From: Octopus sinensis
Lineage: Eukaryota
Assembly: GCF_006345805.1 (NCBI RefSeq)
Contig: NC_043004.1
Location: 20,274,001 to 20,338,000, forward strand
Direction of reading: 5' to 3'
DNA length: 64,000 nucleotides
In this document: positions 11,414 to 26,803 of the stretch, piece by piece
Layout: every line of letters begins with the position of its first letter
Numbering within the stretch: the stretch's first letter is position 1
The notes under the pieces: generated by a model
Database searches by the model: none
What the model was told of the DNA's origin: nothing
Seen by the model: the letters and a program-made list of their open reading frames with translations, nothing else
Translations under genes and position numbers: made by a program

Positions 11414-11859
11414 CACTCAAAGTATCGTAGCTACTCAAATTAAGATTTTTAACTTGTTTACGTGATGTTATTCAAAAGAGTACTGCGCCCTAATTTCTCA
11501 TCATTCTCATCATGCAAATGGACGTGTTACACGCTTATTTGCCACTATGTTATGTTCTTTAAAACATAAAAATGATAACAATAATAATAATAACATTATA
11601 GCAAGAACAACAGTGCCTACGAAAAAACGTGATGCCTCCGTAGATAATAATTAACAGGGAAATTATTCAAAACTTTAATCCCAGTTAATCCTGATTTCGA
11701 GAGTCAAAGATAAAAGTTTGGGTAAAGCAAGTGATTATCAGGGCCAAGATAAAAATGCGTATCAAAAGTAACTGAAATGTGATAATAGTGGAGATGAAGG
11801 ATCTATTAATAATTTTGCTGAAATGTTGTAACCAGAAGCAAATAATAATTGTGGCCAAT

Positions 11860-12330
11860 AAACTAATAGTTAACGGTCATATATTTTCTCTCAAGAAAAC
11901 AAATATCAAGAGGGACCAGCAAAATTACGTTAGAAATTTTCAACACTCGAAAAGATATTTTTGAACAGACGCAAAAATTACAGAAGCCACGAGTTAAAGA
12001 AGCTAGGTTAAAGAAGCTAAGTTAAAGAAAAGAAAAAAAATTACGAGGATCATCAAATCTTCAACGCAGACGAAATCGGTTTCTAGAAGAAAATGCCACC
12101 AGGAAATATTTTGGCAGCATGTGGAGCATCGCAATCAGGCTGCAATGCATCAAAAATCGCTAAATCTTTTTTACTAGAAGGCAATGCGATGTGAACTTCA
12201 AATTAAAACTGCTGCTTGTCGAATTCAAGAGATTTTAAAGAAGACAGGATGTAATGTCTTCCACTTATTGGGCGATCAACAAAAAGTTGCGGGCTACCTA
12301 ATCCTGATAGAAGATTGATATGTTGCGTTT
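11860..12330 (+). mobile_element. Decayed pogo/Tigger-type transposase fragment
   Basis: At ~12042: YEDHQIFNADEIGF*KKMPPGNILAACGASQSGCNASK..GNA..KLKLLL, resembling the pogo/Tigger QIFNxDETGLFWKxMP..PGxKxxKDR..NAxG..KLK motif. Confidence 0.7.
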
Positions 12331-13204
12331 TTGTCTTGAAGTCTGAAGTTATTGGAAGTATATCAGTTCAGCTTTCACAATCGTTTTCATGCTTCAAAAT
12401 GATTCTAGTTTTCCTAACTTGCTTAGTGATTATAGTAATGAATAAGCTGTATTATTTTTATCGCTAAAGTCGACATCGATTTTACAGCCAATAAACCAAA
12501 TAACAATAGGTAACCATACATTGTTATTATATACCAAGAACTTTCATGCAAGCAATCATATTCACAACAAGAGATGTTATTAGTCTTCAAGAACTTTAGA
12601 AATATATATAATTCAAAAAGCAATTTTAAATATTCACAATTTAGATGAAAATGTGAGGGCCAGGAAATAATTTACTTTGGAGTAAGCAACAACCATTTAT
12701 CAGAAATACCGTTTGTGATCAGTTTGCCGAGGTCTGAGAGAGATACCAAAAATTCGTGGATAGTATACTCTCTCTCTCTCTCTACCTCTCTCTCATTCTT
12801 TCTCTCCCTCTCTAAATATATGACTTCTGTCTGGCTTGATAGTTTCCTGGTTAGTACCCTCACTCCAATAAGAAAAGTAATATCATTAAAATGTATAATT
12901 AAATGCATGATAAACTTTAAACAGCAGTGATGATTAGATTAATGATAATTTACTGCTGAATTGGGATTCAATGATTTCATTACCGATTTTAATTTACTAT
13001 ATATATATATATATATATATAGAAAACCAAGCGTTTGATGGGTTAGTTTATAAAGGAAAAGAAATGAAACAAGGATGCTAAGGATGATATTTTAAAGATA
13101 TAACAACGTGAAAATTTTTTTGTTCTTGTTGAGTATTAAGATCAGTACGAGCTGAACGACATTGACATATTTAGTTGATTTACTTGAGAATTAGGTCATT
13201 CAGT

Positions 13205-13490
<286 letters not shown>

Positions 13491-15589
13491 ATGTAAAAAA
13501 GATACAAACTGGGACAAGAACATGAAACATTTAGAAGACGATACAAAAAACAGTCAAGAACCGGATCATCTTCGCAATTTATACTTATATATATGCATAT
13601 ATGGATATATATATATTTATATATATATACATATATCTGTATATGTAAATATATATGTATGTAAATATATATATATATATATATAACAGTATTAATAAAA
13701 TAGATGGAATGAGTAAAAGATTTTATTGGGTACGACACATGTTTCGACCCATTCAGGTTCATTAATAAAAAGTTCTCACTAGAGATTTTCTGAGTCGGCT
13801 TACGTACCGCTATATGTCCATCAAATTCGAGAATTTGCTGTATACATATGTGTCTGTGCATAAATTAACGCCTATATGTATTTATATATCTGTAGGTTCA
13901 TGTGTGTATGTATTCCTGTTCGTACTTTTACTTGTATGCACACATTTGTTATATTGTGTGTATCTATATATATGTATTTCTGTATGTATTTGTTTGACAG
14001 GATACAGAATAGGTAACGTTGGAAATAAGCATGGAATGTTTTTACTGCACTTGTATCTGATTTCCTGGGAAATAGAAAGCCATCAATTAATGCATTTGTG
14101 CAAACCCCGTTAACCAGTTTTTGAGCACTACGTTGCAACATGAGTGTAATAGTGCATTCACAGACAACAAATACGAGATCCTAGTATTAGACAGATCCCA
14201 CTGAGTGGACACATAGACATCTGTGCAAACGATGTCTCCCAAACTCTAAGTCTTTCCACTTTACCTTTGGTTGGTCAATACCACATACCTAGCACGGATA
14301 AACAAAGAAGATATATTTATAGACAAGTGCAAACGAAGACTGAATAAACTTTAACAAACTACATTCACGAACAACTGCTCACACACAAACCCACTCTGCT
14401 GCTTGGCATGTTGAATTTATACAGCTAACTTGCACACAATTATGAGTTTCCCAGTATGACACTAACGCACAAATGTAGTGAACAAAATTTCATGACTGCA
14501 TAAATAGACACAAACAAGAACAATTCAACCACTGGGCTACATAGAAACAACTCCTGTCCACTCTACTACTTGTCAGATTAAATTTAGAATGCCTTGTTTG
14601 GGTCTGCCACTAGACATGTTCACTCAACCATGTCAGCCTTAACTTTCGGCACAAAAAATATAGTCACATGAAATTCGCGCACAGACATAGCGTGGTGCCT
14701 ACAAAACTTTCTAAAGATAATCCTATCCTAATCCTCTACCATACTTATAAAATCAACAGATAAAATCTAGGCAGCCTTGATTGTTTGGAAATGTCACGAA
14801 ACACATCCACTCAACTGTGACAGCTTAATCTTACGGCGTCAAACATATTGTCACATGGCATTAAAAGACGGGTGGAGTGGGAAATTTACAAATATTTCTA
14901 AACCTAATAACTTGATCAATCTTCAGCTAATCAATTCGTTGCCAAAACAGATAATAATTTGAGCTATGTTACCTCTATAAATACAAGAGAATTTTAAAAC
15001 TCCAATCAGAAGGAAAGCAGTTGCAGCATAGCTCCATGTTTTTCTATTCCAGTCATTGGAAATTAGAGATATCTGTGAAATCGGTTAAGTCTGTTTTTAT
15101 GCGACATTTTCTATCATTAATAAAACTGACAGCATTTTGGACGACACGAATATGCTAGTAAATAATATTATGGAAATATTTGGTTGAAAACCACTTTTGG
15201 ATAGAAGTAGTCGAAGGATACCTGTGGGCCTCTCTTCTAGTAATGACAGTTGTTCTACCCTTGTACGAAAACAATCCTTCGAATTCCCTTATCCTTTTAA
15301 AAACTTTATTCGTACCAACGAAAATTCTATACCTACAAGTATGTGGGTTCGATCTCTACAAAAATATTTTTCAACCTATTATTTACAGGCTGTTATTTAT
15401 AGCTGTCTTGTGGGCTTCGAAATATCGCAGGAAAGGATTAGTTAACATTCTCTCGAATGTTTAAAAAATGCTTATAACGTCGACAATATATATATGTGTA
15501 TGTGTTTTCTTGTATATATATATGCATATATATATATATATATATATATGTATGCGTATATTTTTGAAGTTCATTACCTCTAAAAGATG

Positions 15590-16850
15590 ATTCCTCTTTG
15601 ATTCATGTATCTTTGACCAGGCGGTTTTGATGTCGTCCAACGATCGTTATCAATTTCAATCCTGAACCGAGATATCCTCTAGTTGGAGGGTAGGCAGTGC
15701 TTGCCAATGCATCATTTCGTCCTGACTTCCCATTAAATTTTCTCTCTTTGCCATGACAAGAAGCTCTTTGTGGTGCTTCTTTCATCCTAAGCGCAGGTCC
15801 CTTTCTCTTATTCCAGTGACTGTAAGCATTCTCAATACTGACTGGATATGGATACTTTTCAGCCAACCTTGACTGTCAATAGCGATGACTGCAATCCCTT
15901 CTCCCTGCTATCTTGCAAATTGTTCTGGTACTAGGCAGTCTTCCATTCAAAGACTTGATCCCGCCATACCACTCACTAGACTGTAAGCTCGAGCAGCATT
16001 TGTCTACATCCGGCTTCAGGGTCATTTGAACGGCCAGGAGAAAATGCAGATTGTTTTCCAATTTACTTTCGTATGCCATGACTAGGCCTTTTGCAGTACA
16101 CCACTTTCTTTCCTTTTTGTAGTCAATACCTTTGCCTCTTCCCATACAAATTTAATTGATGGTATTTTCCCCAGTTGTTGATGCTTCTTGTGTTTACTTT
16201 GCTCTAGGGTGTGGCGAGTGTCATGCTCACTTTGTCATGACATGACAACATCTGTTATCATGACAACATCTGATTAAAACAAGGTGTGAGGCAGGGTTCT
16301 ATTTTTTCTACAAAGCCTAGTCAGCTGATCTTCTCTGATACCCCATCTGTGGAGGTTTGTTAGTAAGAAGAGCTTGTTATACATCGCTCGCAGCAGGAAG
16401 AAGATACGGAAAGATACTAGTTTCCACAGATACTAGTCTGTCCACTTCAACTTTCCCTGGGATTTCTCATTTAGTGAAGAATCAGTAAGCACTTTTTTCT
16501 TTCTCCCGATTGTTGTTCTTTTGTTTGGATCATAGCCTATTTTTGCTTGGTATCTGATTTCCTCTAATGTTGGAAATAAGTTGTGTTATTTCCATTGAAA
16601 AGATGTTGTGTGGCTTCACCATATTTTCAGCTTGTCCATCTACGGTGCTGACTGTGCTGCTTGCGTCCTGATCTTGTAGTATCTCTTATATGTCGGACAC
16701 GCTTATCCTCTGAAGCTCTGTACATCATTTCAACTCTACACTTTGCGATCTTGGAAATCTTACAACTTTGAATGTTTTCTTCTGGCAGACCGAGAGACTA
16801 CAAAGTAACTTTTACGTTGACTCGTTCTCTCTTTGGTCATCTATAGTCCC
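15590..16850 (-). mobile_element. Decayed HERO-like (restriction-like endonuclease) LINE 3' portion
   Basis: Minus strand across frameshifts: RIFFLLRAMYNKLFLLTNLHRWGIRED..LC..TLPH.., ..HDKV.., GVLQKA*SW..LENNLHFLLAVQMTLKPDV..MLLELTV**..EWKTA*Y..VKVG*K. This matches the HERO/NeSL-type LPSPxNLxxWG, LRPDIV, IELTVPWE and VEVGCRG pattern. Confidence 0.7.
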
Positions 16851-19512
16851 ATCGTGCCTCTATCTTAGATATGCTTTTTCAGATATCTCCAGTGTTACAG
16901 TCCTATGAAATTTCTAACAAGATTTCTAGCATCTCGACCATCACACCTTGTAATTTTTTGTTTTTCATGGTCTTTTTCCTTAAATTTATTATTTTCCAAA
17001 TATATATTTTATATACTGAATTTATTAATATATACGATGTTTTTCTTCCACAATTTAAGTAAATTTCATTCATATCTCGCCTCAAAAACAAAAACTATAT
17101 AAATTCATTAAATTTTTTGAGCACGTGGTTCTTGCATTGTATTGAGGACACTCAATTAACATCTAATTTGTCTTCTATTTTAGAAATATTTCCATCGTTT
17201 CACTTTTGACTGCATCATTAGCTTATCTTTAAATAATCTTTAGATAATTTTTTTGAATATTTTATATTTGCTAGCGTTAATGATTGAACCAATTTTGACA
17301 ATTTCGTGCTTTCTGTTAAGTGTTTCCAGTTCTTGCTTTTGGCAATGCATGATATATGAACATGTCAGGAATGAAGACATGATGATCACCAACAAAAACA
17401 GAGCGATTAAGAGAAAGATGGAATAAGTTTTCTTAGTCAATAATTTAAAATATATTTTATTCTCAATTGTCTTTTATTATTCCAAATCTCGATTTATAAT
17501 TTCTTCTGCCACTGTATAAAAATATATTCATGTTATAAACATGAATATATTTTTATTTTCCAAGAAATTGCGGAATAAAGTACTAGGCAATTCTAACAGT
17601 CAGTAGCAGAATAAAACGAACCTAATATTAAATCTTGTTTATTTTTGACATCAAAATTCGGTTTTAATTGATTGAGAACCTTTGCTTTCGTCATATATTG
17701 ATTATTTTTCCAGTGCAAGTTATCGCTGTCTACATCTTTTTCCAAATTAATATTTTCAATAAACAATGTTTGCACTAATTCCCTAATTCCATATTTGAAA
17801 AAAAAAATGTAATTTATCCAGCAATTTTCAGTTGATCACGTCAACCTGATAATGTGTTTAAAAGCACAGAATTGCACTAATGCATCGCTACTTCTTTGTA
17901 TATGTGAGAGCAAGCGTTATAATTAAAATAATACAAAATAAACCCATAGATTTCAGTTGGCACTTCTTGTGATAACTAATTCAGATTAATTAAATAATGC
18001 AAATGTATAAATATAATTATACGTAGATAGGTAAGCGTAGGGTACCAGATAACTGAGATTGTAATGTTGATGGAAACTACACTGGAGCTGATCTCAATTT
18101 TCTGTCCATGATCATAACATGCAATCGTTTTCTATAATCAATCCGGTAGAAATTAACTCCTACGATAGCCTACTTTCTTTTATGATGATTGTGCCTGTTT
18201 AAATTATTCATATAAGCTGTAAGTTTATATAGACATACCGTGCGTAGAATGGGTTACTCGTATGAATGTGTAACTCTACCGCTGGCTTGCATGATTTCTA
18301 AAAATATGTATGCTGAAAAAAAATACGATGAACTAGAGCATTGTAGAGATGTCAATTATGATAAATGGGGAAAATGATTATTATATCGGAATAAACTTAT
18401 TGATAAGTAACATACCTCCTAAATGACCGAACTGATTACTTAACCATGCTTTGTCACTACATGTTTAAATACTTTTAGATACTTGTATCGTACAATGACA
18501 CTACCGTGTGTTTCAAATCAAGATTTTTTTTTTAAATTCAAAGATTGTTTCATATCGAGATTTTTCCATTACCTTGCTTGATCTCTCAGATACTTTGCAG
18601 AAATCTTAAGAAAATAATTATAAAGTTATTATTGAATCATATGTTCGTAAAATTATTTTTCGTAGCTATCATCGACAATATTGCAGTGAGGATCATTATG
18701 GAAATGAGTAAGATGAGGATGTTTATGCCGAACTTATTTATAAGAAACATGAGGAAAAAGCTTGTGAGAACTAATTTCACGCCAAAAACTGTGCCTGCTA
18801 CTAAAAGTTCTGTTTGAATGTTCACTTGATATGAATTGGTGTGGTGTGATTTTGTTATCGTTATTTTAACTGGTGTATTATTTGCACATTTGCATTTAAC
18901 TTAAGTTTTACGCGGTATAAATAAATAATTCTAAGCCAAACAATTAAAACGACGCGATGGCTATGGGCGGAATATTTTTCATCTTAAATCTACTCGATTA
19001 TAGTCAACTTCTATCTAAACAACAATATTTTACCCAATGATCTTATACGCACACGTTCGACAACCTATAAACAGCAAGTAGTTGTTCCATATATCACGAC
19101 CTAGCATCTTACTAATAAACACATTCGATAAAGCAGTTCAGGAGTCAGTGTGCCAAAGGAAATGATGGATAGCTATGTTTGGAATGCAATTACACACACA
19201 TCTGCTCGATTAAGGCTCACCTAGGAATATAAAATGTTCAATACTCTTACTCTTCCTATAACTTGAAGTAATGGACCTTAACAATGCTAGGACAACACTT
19301 TCAAAGATTTTTCTTTTCTTAACATCCCCACTTCAATCTTTTATTTCATTTTCTGTTTATTTCTAACAAAGATACCTTTTTGACACAACACTGGTACTTA
19401 CACTAATAAATATAAAGGTACACACAAGTGTGTGTATTTGTTTGTTTCTGTGTATATAGAGAGATTGAATAATAGAGAAATAGATAGAATGTTAGACAGA
19501 TAAATAGATTGT

Positions 19513-19544
<32 letters not shown>

Positions 19545-20160
19545 TAGACAGATAGCTAGATAGATATCAAATCACCTTCACGCCTTCTTCAAAGGTCACA
19601 GATGCAGAGGATAATATAGTCCTAGACACACAAAAAGACGGTTTGCTCGTGATAGGAAAATCTTTCATCGTAAGTTGTAAGCCTGCTCGGTGAGAGCTGA
19701 TACAGTTACAAATAACAGGGAAAACGGCAAATGTTCTAATATGACATATTACTGACTATTTTAACTTACGCTAGATGTAACTAAATCGTATCAGTCCTAC
19801 AGAGAGTTATTATATCACTACCCCCACCCAACAGCATAACACTCTAAAGATATTTATGAAAGTAGTTGCAATTTGCCCAACAGATCAAATAAATACAATT
19901 TTTAAAGAAGCCTGTGTAATTTTTTCATCCCCCGTAATGCCTTCGTCTCTGTAGAAAATATCTTGACTGAAAAAATTTTTTTTTAATATTGACAACAGCA
20001 ACATGTCGTTGAACCTAAGAAATTTGGAATATTTAACAGCTGGCTTCTTCAGAGTTTCGTATTCCAAGTTTGCTTTTATATCAGAATTAACTCTCGAAAT
20101 TAATCATGGAAATTTCATTTCCAGAATTTAATTTTTTTCCTCATTATCTTTGATTTCTAT

Positions 20161-20163
20161 AAC

Positions 20164-20201
<38 letters not shown>

Positions 20202-20226
20202 CAACGACGACGACGATGATGATGAT

Positions 20227-20290
<64 letters not shown>
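20161..20290. repeat. Compound (AAT)n/(AAC)n/(GAC)n/(GAT)n microsatellite
   Basis: Trinucleotide blocks grading AAT-AAC-GAC-GAT-AAT. Confidence 0.9.
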
Positions 20291-20772
20291 GTCGTTATTG
20301 TTAGCATTCTGTTTTCAATTTATTTCTGATTAGATTTTAATTAGAGTTTGTAAGTTCATTCTGAGTTTAAAGAATACATGTTAATTATTATATTTTAAAT
20401 CATAATTGCACTTGATTTTTTAAAAAGTGTCAAAGTTAGCGAAAAAGCTATTGAAAAATGTTTTTATTTCAAATTTGTATCATATAAAATTACTTTTATT
20501 TCAATTTTAAAACATTCTGCATTAACAGGACCATTTTAATTTTCTCTATTAGAAGAAAGAAACTACTAAATAAAAAATAAAACCAACTGCCTGAAGAAAA
20601 CAAAAAGGAAGTGTCTAAAGTTATAGAAAAATTAATTGCCAACAAATTATAGATGCAACTGCTACCAGTTGAACGTACTGCTACGAGACACTAGCAAGTT
20701 TCTGGGAGTCATCAGATGAAAATGAGCACCGATTTGGGGGCCATCCACTCAACGGCATTATGGTACTTGCAA

Positions 20773-20980
20773 GGCGGCGAGCTGGCAGAAACGTTAGCAC
20801 GCCAGGCGAAATGCTTCGCGGTATTTCGTCTGCCGTTACGTTGTGAGTTCAAATTCCGCCGAGGTCGACTTTGTCTTTCATCCTTTCGGGGTCGATAAAT
20901 TAAGTACCAGTTACGCACTGGGGTCGATGTAATCGACTTAATCCCTTTGTCTGTCCTTGTTTGTCCCTTCTAAAGAAATA
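20773..20980 (+). mobile_element. tRNA-derived SINE family B, full-length-like copy
   Basis: GGCGGCGAGCTGGCAGAA..GAGTTCAAATTCC (B box)..CTTTCATCCTTTCGGGGTCGATAAATTAAGTACCAG..TAAAGAAATA. The central block resembles Deu/Nin-type SINE domains (inference). Confidence 0.85.
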
Positions 20981-22004
20981 AGCATCATTGTACCTGCCCC
21001 ACCCTCCACACACTGAAATGAAGCCCCACTCGCTAGATCAACTGGCTACCATGTTTCACTCAATATTCTTCTACATATTATTCATTGTCTCTTTTTATCC
21101 AAATCTAGTGGCTTGTCGTCACTGTAGCCTGAATATCTCTCATGATAGCTTCACGTTGATTTGGGCCTAGCGACAACCATCGCCCCATTCTGCTTTAAAT
21201 AAATCCTTTGCATCCATGTTCGATTGGATAATCTTTTGCTTTTCTGTCTGCGTCTTCATATTCCTGAAAAAATATTGTCCATACCGGTCGATCTTTCGTT
21301 TCTGTGCTGTGTTCATATTATCTTCATGGATAACAATTAGCTCGACTAGACTTACCATCTCCTTTTCCTTGTACCAGTTGACTATTTAGTTTCTTTATAG
21401 CTAGTATGTGAAAACTCTTAAAAGCTTCAATTAGCACCTAACACGCAACAGAATTCAACCCTGATGAATTTTTATCACAATGGTTATCGATTACGCTCCT
21501 AATTGTAGGTGGTAAACTGGCAGATTCCTTGGAGCATAAGACAAAATACCTTGCGGTATTTCTTTTGACACTTTGCACTTTGAATTCAAATGCCTATGAG
21601 ACCCAAGTACTCGATTTTATTCGCCTTTGATTCCGCTAAGCTGACAGATATCTTAATTTGTCGGGCGTGATGCATTGCGGTATTTCTTTTGACTCTAAAT
21701 CTCGAGCTCCTGTAGGGGGAACTTCTTCTATAACCCTGTTAAACCCCACCCTCATTAGGTGGTTTAGGAGGAGTTCACTTGTATGCGTGCTACGAGCCAA
21801 CAGCTTTGATCACCACTTTTTAACTTCCTTGAAACTGTCTTGAAGCCCCTGTAATGATATGCATTACTGGGTGAGGTAAAAGTACAACTTTTAGAAAGCA
21901 AATATTTAATAATTATTTGATAATTACTTTCTTTGTACGAAGCTTTTTCCAGCGTCTCTATTTCGGAGATCAACTATAAAATTTTAGTCATAAAAGTGAT
22001 CTTT

Positions 22005-23290
22005 TAGGATTTCTCGGTTTTCTGTGAATCGATTTTCATAAAAGTTCCAAGCTGGTTTGCACACTATGGCAACACCATTGGTGTGTTCTCATTATTCTGT
22101 GTAACGCCTTTTCTTCTTTTAATTTCAGATTCTTCAGTTTTTAAGGTGAATCATGCTAATAGCTTTTGAATGAAAGTAACCCATCTAGCCAATAGTTTCT
22201 TTTAGAAAATGAGGGATTTCTTCAATTTCTTAATAGTAGACTGTCAACTTCTTCATAGTAGCAGTTTGGACTGTCTCTGCTACAGCTTTGATGGTCACCC
22301 TTAAGATTTCACCCGACGTGAATTGGCCCCCATCGACATAAATATCTTGTTTAATGATGTACCAAAGAATTTCGATAGGGTTGAGATCCGGAGATGCTAG
22401 CAGCCACACCATCAACCTTTCACTTTGTATGTTTAAGGCCCTAGTAATGTTTGGATGTTCCTAGCAGAGAGGGGGAGTTGTCATACATACGAATACGAGA
22501 TTCTTTAGAAGTGACAGCGGTATGTCATCTAGCCAGGGATCTAAGATCTACTTCAGGAAATTGCAGTAGGCGGTTGCAGTTACTTTAACCCTCTCAAGCA
22601 CCCTAACTGGGCCAACAAGTCTGTCCTCAATGATACCAGCCCATAACATGACTCCTCCACCCTTTTGCTGAAGTCGTAAACGTTGGTGACACTCATCTCC
22701 AAACCACACCCAACTATTTGCTCAATCGTCAGATCCGTCAAGGATCGCCCTGGATTCGTCAGTGAACAAAACACAACACATGTCTAACATTATGAACTTT
22801 TGGCCCCATTGAAGCTTCAAACTCCTATGACGAGGCGTTAAAGGGGGTAATGTTGCATGGAAGTCATGGTCCCAAGGATGCAATTTCTGATAGCTTTTGG
22901 TACATGAAGAAGTTCGGAGGCGGTGAAAATGGCTATGATTGTTTATCCAGGCTTCCAACGTAACTTGTGGCCAATATTCTTTAAATCCCTATCTGTCACA
23001 GTCTAGGAGGTCCCCTAACTTCTCCGCAATGACATGAAGAGAGGTGCTGTCGGCACTTTCCTTGATGATAGCAGACATTTCTTTATCGTTAAGGCCATTT
23101 CCACGATCCATTATACTTAGAAATGAGAGACGCTATTAGAGTGGTTCACTCAAAAATTGAAGAATCTGAAATAAATAAAGGACGTTATACAGAATAATGA
23201 AAACATAACAATGGTGTTGCCATAGTGTGAAAACCAGCTGGAAAAATTTTTATTAAAATCGATTCACAGAAAATCGAGAAATCCTAAATT
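22005..23290 (-). mobile_element. Tc1-family DNA transposon with ~140-bp terminal inverted repeats and a decayed transposase (~22160-23111)
   Basis: TIRs at ~22005-22143 and ~23152-23290 are diverged reverse complements. Transposase motifs: VLFTDESRAILDG, QKGGGVMLWAGII and WLLASPDLNPIEILW. Multiple stops and frameshifts. Confidence 0.88.
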
Positions 23291-26200
23291 TCACTCGTAA
23301 GCTATTAACTTGGTTCTGGATGTATATCTACGCTAAGTAGATATCTTGTATCAAATATTAGTTTACATAAATAAATTCATAAAAAAAAGCTTTAGAAACA
23401 ACCACTTTTGTATTGAAATGATCTAGAAAATCATTATATATAATAGTTTTAGAAACTTTTCCAAGTACTGACGAAGAACTTATAGTAACTACTTCAGCGT
23501 TACAGTATTAAATATATATAATGGAAAGTTTCACAGCTAGGTCCAATGTATGTAACAAAATGTCTTATGCATGGTGAGACTAATGGAAACAGTGTCGGCC
23601 ATGTATTCTTTTATAGTCAGCAATACTGGGTTTTCTTTCTGAAATTTACAGTACTAAACCCCGTTTTTTCTTTAATAATATGGATACAGCGTTTCTAGTA
23701 TTTATTCTTTTGTTCTTTTATCGTTTCGCTTTTTTACTGATGAACTGTGGTCATTATAAAACTCAGGTCTTAGTTTGCTCCCAAACTTAACGTTCTCTAT
23801 ACAGTGTCGGAATTCACTTACCAAATTAGCTATAATTTAGCCCTTTTTCAGCTTTCGTTGTGTATACTCATGCCGGATGGTAATGAAAACCTGTCACATC
23901 TTTGTTTTTTTGGCACTGTGCTTATCGGAATATGTAATCCAATGTGATCTTAACGTTTTTAAGGGCGTTGAAATATGGTGAGGTATATGTAGCAGCAATT
24001 TCTAGTAGGGTGAGTGACCACTCAGATATTGGTGGAGGGGAGGGTCATACCATAAAGAGAATTGAACGTGTTACTCACTCTTTTCGATGCATTTTCTCGG
24101 AGTTCTTTACTCAAAGAACGAACTCTTAGTTGCAACAGAATGTTCAACTACTTGATTGGAAAAGCTTGCCAATGCTTGAGAGCTTATTTAGTATATTCTA
24201 AGGAGTGCAACAACATTTATGCAGGAAGCAAAATCTTCCCATTATTAAGAAGCCCGTTGACAAAAAATTTATCTCTTGTAAGACACTTAGACGCCTGCTG
24301 GAAGACATCTACACATCTACCAGAAGAGTAACGTCAATAATTTATTAGCGTATTATCAACGTCAGTGGATAGGGAAATACTTAGGGACGACTTTTGTATG
24401 AAAAACAAACAGCTGAATGAATTGAACTTGCCGACGTAGGGAAGAGAATTCATAACGTAATGATAATTTCTGATCTACAAAGATAACTGAGATAATTTTG
24501 GAATTAAATCTATTTAAAAATAGAATGCGATTATGTTGTGGAGAAGTGAATATAAAGTTAAGAGTTAACTTCAGGCTTGTTTCGGTATTGTAAGGTCTCG
24601 CCATGAGTACATCCCATTATCAGAATCAGCTATCTGCAGAAAAATTTGAGTGAACACAATGTGACAACTTAATGAATAAGTGGATTAGATTTACCCAGGG
24701 ATGGCTTCTGCGTAGAAAACAGTGTACTAAGTAGGAGCAAACCTAATTTATATTATGATCCAAAGCGTTTACAATAAACTATATTCAGAAAGCAATATTT
24801 AAAAACAGCTTTTTGAATCTCTATTCCATCTATTTTTCCCCATTATACTATACTGTGAGCTCCTGCGTATGAAATTAGTTTCTAGCCACCATTAATGTTA
24901 ATATGTCATATTGCATGTTTCAGTCCCCGACAAAGGTTTGTTTTCCGGAGAAAATCAATTAAATTTATTGTCTCTTTATTCTAGCGAGTGCAGTAGTTTT
25001 TATCACTTTTCCCTATACGTAGTCACATGTATGCTAGTTTTATACTCTAGGACAAACTAAGACAATGTGCAATGCTATAAATGTTTGGGGCTAGTGTAAC
25101 CATAAATATCTCTTTAATGATACAGATGGGAAATAATCTCAATAGAGAACTAATTAGAAACTTTCTGATTATGTATAAAAAATTCTCTTTTGTACATATG
25201 TCCATTTAGGCCATTAGCTATGTATCCAAATGACTGAACACAAACCTTGAATAGATTTTTCACAAAACGAGAACTGATAGACAGATTTAGAATATTTAAT
25301 TTCAATCTATGACATGAAGCATAAACTTTATGCAAAGCGTTGCTAATGCAGTCTTCTAAATTATATTAATATCTGTCTAGTCTTACCCTTTCTGTCTCTC
25401 TGATAGCGATAAATTCTCATTTTATTAAATAAAAATATATCAAAGCAGGTTACACATGGATCAGACACCATAAAATGATACAAAAATACGTTATACGTCC
25501 AGATTACTAATGAATTTCATGTAATTCTATGCTAATATCAGTAAAGTAAGATAGTTAAAATCTCATAAACAGTTAATCCTAATATTCATATACAGAGTCA
25601 TAATTCTGTGAAAATATTCTCATAAAGGTATAACATTTACACGAATCAATGCACGCATTATAAATACCAAATTGTTGGAAACCGTGTGTTTTAATCTGTT
25701 CACAATATTTCGCAATTAAATGTCTGCAAATTCTAATAAGGACGTTTCCTTAACTTCAATTGGTCCGTCGTAACATAAACTCGGCCGTTTCCTTTTATTT
25801 TTATGATGGAATATATTGAAATCATAAGGTGAGACGAAAATCGTTTTAAGCAACCATATATCAAAATATAATGTGAATAAAATATAAATAATCTATATTT
25901 TTCCAAAAGAAGAAGATTAAAAAAAACTTTGGTGATTCAGTACATGGGCAATTTGCTATAATAGCACAATTGTTATAATAGTACATTTTTTCACATTTAT
26001 ACTGTAGTATACTGTTGAATAATTTACAGCTCTACATAGTAACACAATAATATTTCATAAGAACTACACAAAAATACTGTCTGTACTACATTACCAGACG
26101 TTTGTATTTATATAACTAGTCTAGTTACGTATTAGATACTATATAGCTAGTCCAGTATGTAGTATCATATAACCAGACAGTAGTACGTTGTGCTAAATAA

Positions 26201-26803
26201 GTATTAATTTATGTCAATGAGGATTATATAACTTTAAATAAGAGAAATGCTAGGCGGAAATTTAGGACATTAATACACTGTCTAGATGCAGAAATACAAG
26301 AAATAATTTAAGGAAAGACAAGTTAGAAAGCAAAATGAAAGATGGGCAGCGTTCAGCGAAGACTGTGATTAAGTAGAATCATAGAAGACTTACAAATATA
26401 AGGTTAGATTTCCGTATCTTTATATTTAGGAATAATCGAGATAAATAAGAATCATGAAAGTTTTTTTTAATAGTATTTACTTCAGGAAGACCAAGAAAAT
26501 AAGAGAGAAGACCATTAAGCTGACACAATACACATGAATTATTGAAGAGAAATGGGAAACAAAATTTACTAAAGTACATCAACGTCAAATTCAATAGAAA
26601 GAGTGTTAAAACATCCAAGACAATTAGATTAGTTACGTTTGACGATTGATATAATGTACACCATAAACAATAGAGAAAGGCATTTACTTGCAACAATACA
26701 ACACAGAAGCCACTACGAGGTGACTCGACCTGCCGCAAATAACGGCAGCATTTCTTTCAAATTGTATCCAACTACTTTAAAAAGATCACGTCGTTATATT
26801 TTA

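Noticed and set aside
13725-13775. Minus-strand TTAATGA..GGGTC-GAAAC-ATGT-GTC
   Set aside because: Two core changes and no stem I pairing. Probably a decayed pLTR ribozyme, not callable.
18637-18825. Hydrophobic minus-strand ORF resembling a signal or membrane peptide
   Set aside because: No true ATG, on the wrong strand for the receptor gene, and explicable by AT-rich codon bias.
24000-24610. Possible Gypsy protease/RT remnant
   Set aside because: Only vague similarity (KVVPKYFP); no diagnostic motif could be read.
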